This document shows, one piece after another, positions 60,291 to 64,000 of a DNA stretch of 64,000 nt; the first letter of the stretch is position 1; each line of letters starts with the position of its first letter. The notes beneath the pieces were generated by a model, which worked only from the letters and a program-made list of their open reading frames with translations, made no database searches and was not told the DNA's origin. The DNA is from Paraspadella gotoi (lineage: Eukaryota; Animalia; Chaetognatha). Both the position numbers and the translations under genes were made by a program. Location: assembly GCA_051294375.1 (NCBI GenBank), contig JBJCIZ010000239.1:167625-231624 (forward strand), given 5' to 3'.

Positions 60291-62026
60291 TTAAGTTTTT
60301 AAAGGAATCGTATAAAGAATAAAAAAAACTTTTCCGATGCAGTCGAACATTCACGGAAATTCACTGCGACGCAAAACAAATTGGAATATCCGAATAGTTT
60401 TTTGTTTTTGTTTTATTTTATTTATTTTGTTTTTTTTTGTGTGTTTGTTTCGTGTTGTTTTTAGATGTTGCGCTTGTAGAGTTCGTTGTTTTATTTTGCG
60501 TTGTTTGGTAATGTTATGTTGCGTTTTGTATTTATTTTTCGGATTTTTTTTTTTTTTTTTTTTTCGATTTTGATGTTTTTTGTATTTCGTTAGTTTTTTC
60601 TGCTTTTGTCGCGCTTGTTTGTGTTTTATTCATCATGTTTGTTTCTCGTGTTATTTTAAATTTTGGGTTAACCTTGCGACGACGAAGAAGACGACGAAGT
60701 CGACTTTAGAGAGACAAATAACACAAACGACAAAGAACGAGGAACGACAACGACGACGACGACTGCAACGAAAGCAAAAACTTTTTCCCGCTTAAATTCT
60801 CTTCAATTTACATTTTAATGCGAAAATCGTTTGCGATTTAGACGGTTCGTTGGCTCGGGAGCTGCGCGGGGAGTAATAAGGGTGGATCGAAAAAGAGAGG
60901 GAGTAGGCGTGGGTTAGAGAAATAAAAATATTGGGGCAATTTTAAAAATGAGAGTAGGGTGGTATTGAGATGGATTAAAGGAAATAATTAATGCGATACT
61001 TTTTTTTAATTGAAAATTATGATCGATTAAAGTGATGTAAGAATTAATTAAAGGAAATGGAATGGGTCCAAACTTGAACAGGCTGGATTAAGAATGAAAT
61101 AATGGAATGTGGTTGAAAGAGAAACAATGATTATTCTATTATCAAACTTTTCTATAGATAACCATGGAACATATTTTTTTAGAAGAAGAAAAGAGGTTCA
61201 ACTGTAGTCCAACGCTATTATTGAAGGCAGAAAAACGTTAAATTTTTTTTTGGTAACATATATTAACAGATAAGAGATATTAAAAAAAAAAATTTATAGT
61301 CGGTTTTACGGTTCTCATATTCACGAGCAAGTTAATGTTTTTCAAATATTTTGATAAAAAGTTTCAGAACAAATAAAACCCAAAGGAGAAGGAAAAAAGG
61401 AGAAAACAAGCATCAGGAAAAAGAAATTGCGGTTTGGGTAAAAAAAAAAAAGAGATATCGTAAACAGGCTGCGCAGTCGGGCTGAATTTAGTCGACCATT
61501 TTCTGTGTGATTTTGTGTGGTTGTTGGTAATTTCGTTCCTTCAATTTTCTCTCTCTTTCTTCTCTCTCTCTCTCTTCTCTCCGCTCTCGGTCTCTCTCTC
61601 TCTCTCTTCTCACTCTCTCCAGTCTCTCATCGCATCTTCTCCGTTCTCTCCTCGTCTTCTCTCTCTCTCTCTCTTTCCATTTGGCTTTACGTCTTTCGCC
61701 CGCACGTCAGCCCGGAATGTCTTGCCGCCCTGCTGGCAAGAGGATGAGAGGAGAGAGAGAGAGAGGCAACAGGAGAGAGAGAAGAGATGACAGAGAAAGA
61801 GAGAGGAGAAGAGAGAGAGAGAGAGAGGGAGTCAGAGGAGATGTGGTAAGGGGTTGGTAAGTGCAATGATTCTGGATACAAACGTGGGGTAATCGCTGGA
61901 AAATCGATTTTCATTTGGCGTCCAAGAAGGCAAATGACCGTTCCGGACTGTCGACTGTTGCTATCGTCCAAGAGACCAGAGAGAAAGAGAGAAGAGGGAG
62001 AGAGAGAGAGAGAGAGGGAGAGAGAG

Positions 62027-62080
<54 letters not shown>

Positions 62081-62289
62081 GAGAAGAGAGAGAGAGAGAG
62101 AAAATTAGGTCAGAATTCCAAAGCATAGCCTTGGAAGAGAGAGAATAAAAGAAAGACGAAAGATAAAAGAAAAAAAAAGGAACATAAAAAAAAGGAAAAG
62201 AAAAAAAAAAGGGGAAAAAATGGGAATCGTAAATTGATTCGAAGTCGCTTCCGAAATAAACATCGAAGTCGGAATGAAGGAGCGAATGG

Positions 62290-63360
62290 GAAAATGGAGA
62301 AAATGGGAAAACGTGGAGAGGATGGGAGATGGGAGATGGGAAGCTGGAATAAGTGAGAGGTTGGAAGAGATGGAACTGGGAATGTAAGCTGGAGAGGGTT
62401 GGGAGATGGGAAACTTGAATAAGTGGAACGAGGTTGAGAGATGGGAAACTGGGAATAAATGGAGACGTAACGGCGTAAGTAAAATTCTAGATCTTAAACT
62501 TTAAATTACAAATCTAAAAAAGTGAGGAACGAAACAACATTAATCCTTAATAAAACATTTATTTATAACAAAATTTATAAAAATCTTTAACCAATATTAG
62601 CCAGTAGGACCATACTTTCTAGTACTACAACCAATTAAATTGTCGTTTAAAATTTCAAAAAACATTTTTATCTAAAGATTTTTTTGCAGCCATTTGGATT
62701 CGTCATAAATAGTTGATATAAAGAAAATATACATCTTTTTGACAATTCCTTCACCATTAAGTGGGCTCAAAAATTAGAAAAACGCTATATTATTAAACTG
62801 AAATAATTTTTATTTATTTTTTCTTTTTCCTATTTTTCATATATTAAATATAGTTTTTTTAATTTTTAACTCTCCCACTTAATGAAAGACATTTTTAAAA
62901 AATTATTTATATTTCTTTTATCAACTTTTGAACGAGGAATTCAAATCTGCAAATTCAAACTTAAGAAGAGACCTATTTTTGAAAATTTTTCATTTTATAA
63001 GGTTATACTATATATAATATAGCCTACTGCGAAATTAAAAAAACCTAAAATAAAATTTCATACTTACAAATAATACTCGTTCACCATGATTAGGTATTTG
63101 GTCCATAATTGACTTTTAGAAATTTTATGTATGTAACTTTCACTACCGCCTCTAAGTGGAGAGTTTGCAGAGATGTGATAGCCGGAATAAGTGGAAAAGG
63201 TTGGGAGAGGAAACCTGGGAACAAGTGGAAGAGGTTGGGAGATGGGAAACTAGGAATAAGTGAAGAGCGTTGTATGTGGGATACTGGAAAAATAGAAAAA
63301 TGTAAAGAGGTTGGGAGATGGGAAAAATGTAAAGAAGTGATGGCGGATGGGATAATGGGA
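62290..63360 (+). repeat. ~32-bp purine minisatellite (GGGAGATGGGAAACTGGGAATAAGTGGAGAGGTT) split by a MITE
   Basis: Units at 62290-62465 and 63155-63360. Confidence 0.65.
62468..63155. mobile_element. Second member of the hAT-like MITE family, inserted in a minisatellite
   Basis: Shares AGTTGATATAA.GAAATAT, CATTAAGTGGG, ACTTAATGAAAGA and the CTTTCACTA..GCCT end with 26824-27326. TSD approximately GTGGAGAG. Confidence 0.55.
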
Positions 63361-63675
63361 GGAAATAGGGAAAGCATAGTACGTGGAATCGGGGATACGT
63401 TGACGACGACGATAACGACGAAGATAACGTTACATTAAGACAGCAACGACGAAAACGACAACTACAAAGATGACGACAACAACGACGAATGACGACGACA
63501 ACTTTGTCGATTTGTTCCTCATCTCATTCTTCATCGTCGAACAAAATGAAAAAAAAAACAAGAAAAACAAAATGCGGCGGAGAAAAGGCGCGGAGAATTT
63601 TTGGCTGGATGCGCAACTCTCTCTAGTCTCTTCTTTTTATTTTCTATTCCTTTCTCCTCTCTCTCCTCTCTCTCT

Positions 63676-63719
<44 letters not shown>

Positions 63720-64000
63720 CTTCCGCTCTTTTCCTTCCCCTATTTTTCTTTCTGAGGTTCTGCGTGTTCTGTCTTACGTTGGCACTCTCTTTTGGGACAC
63801 CCTTTCCCTACCTTCACTCTTTTCCATATGGGGTTCGGTCGGTACGTCGTACGTCGCGTCAGTTCTTTGTATCCGTGTCTTATTAACTGTCTTCCCGTCG
63901 TCGTTTCCGTCTGTTCGTCTTCCGTCAGTCTTAACAATCGTCGTCACGTACTCATTCTGCTTCATCAGTCAATCTTTCTTTTTGTCATCTTCGTCCGTCT

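Overview
Animal (invertebrate-like) genomic DNA from a draft assembly. It is AT-rich and dense in (AG)n, (TTTC)n and (GAC)n microsatellites, with N-gaps and long stretches that look like uncorrected long reads. Most ORFs in the supplied track are microsatellite artefacts. Two spliced genes can be reconstructed by hand. (1) A 7-exon core-2/I-branching beta-1,6-GlcNAc-transferase (GT14/GCNT family) at about 6.5-25.0 kb; its 5' exons appear several times in both orientations, probably noisy reads of two haplotypes rather than paralogues. (2) Four exons encoding Ig domains 1-2 of a Turtle/IGSF9-like adhesion protein at 37.6-59.6 kb, continuing beyond the window. The most interesting signals are small mobile elements: a 223-257 bp family with TGT...ATA ends, 4-bp target-site duplications (TSDs), tRNA-like Pol III boxes and covarying hairpins; a ~315 bp TGT...ACA element with a ~70 bp miniature relative; and a 172 bp insert carrying a Penelope-type hammerhead ribozyme with an 11-bp TSD. 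No CRISPR, rRNA, intact tRNA or transposase/RT ORF was found. All family assignments are by eye, with no database search.
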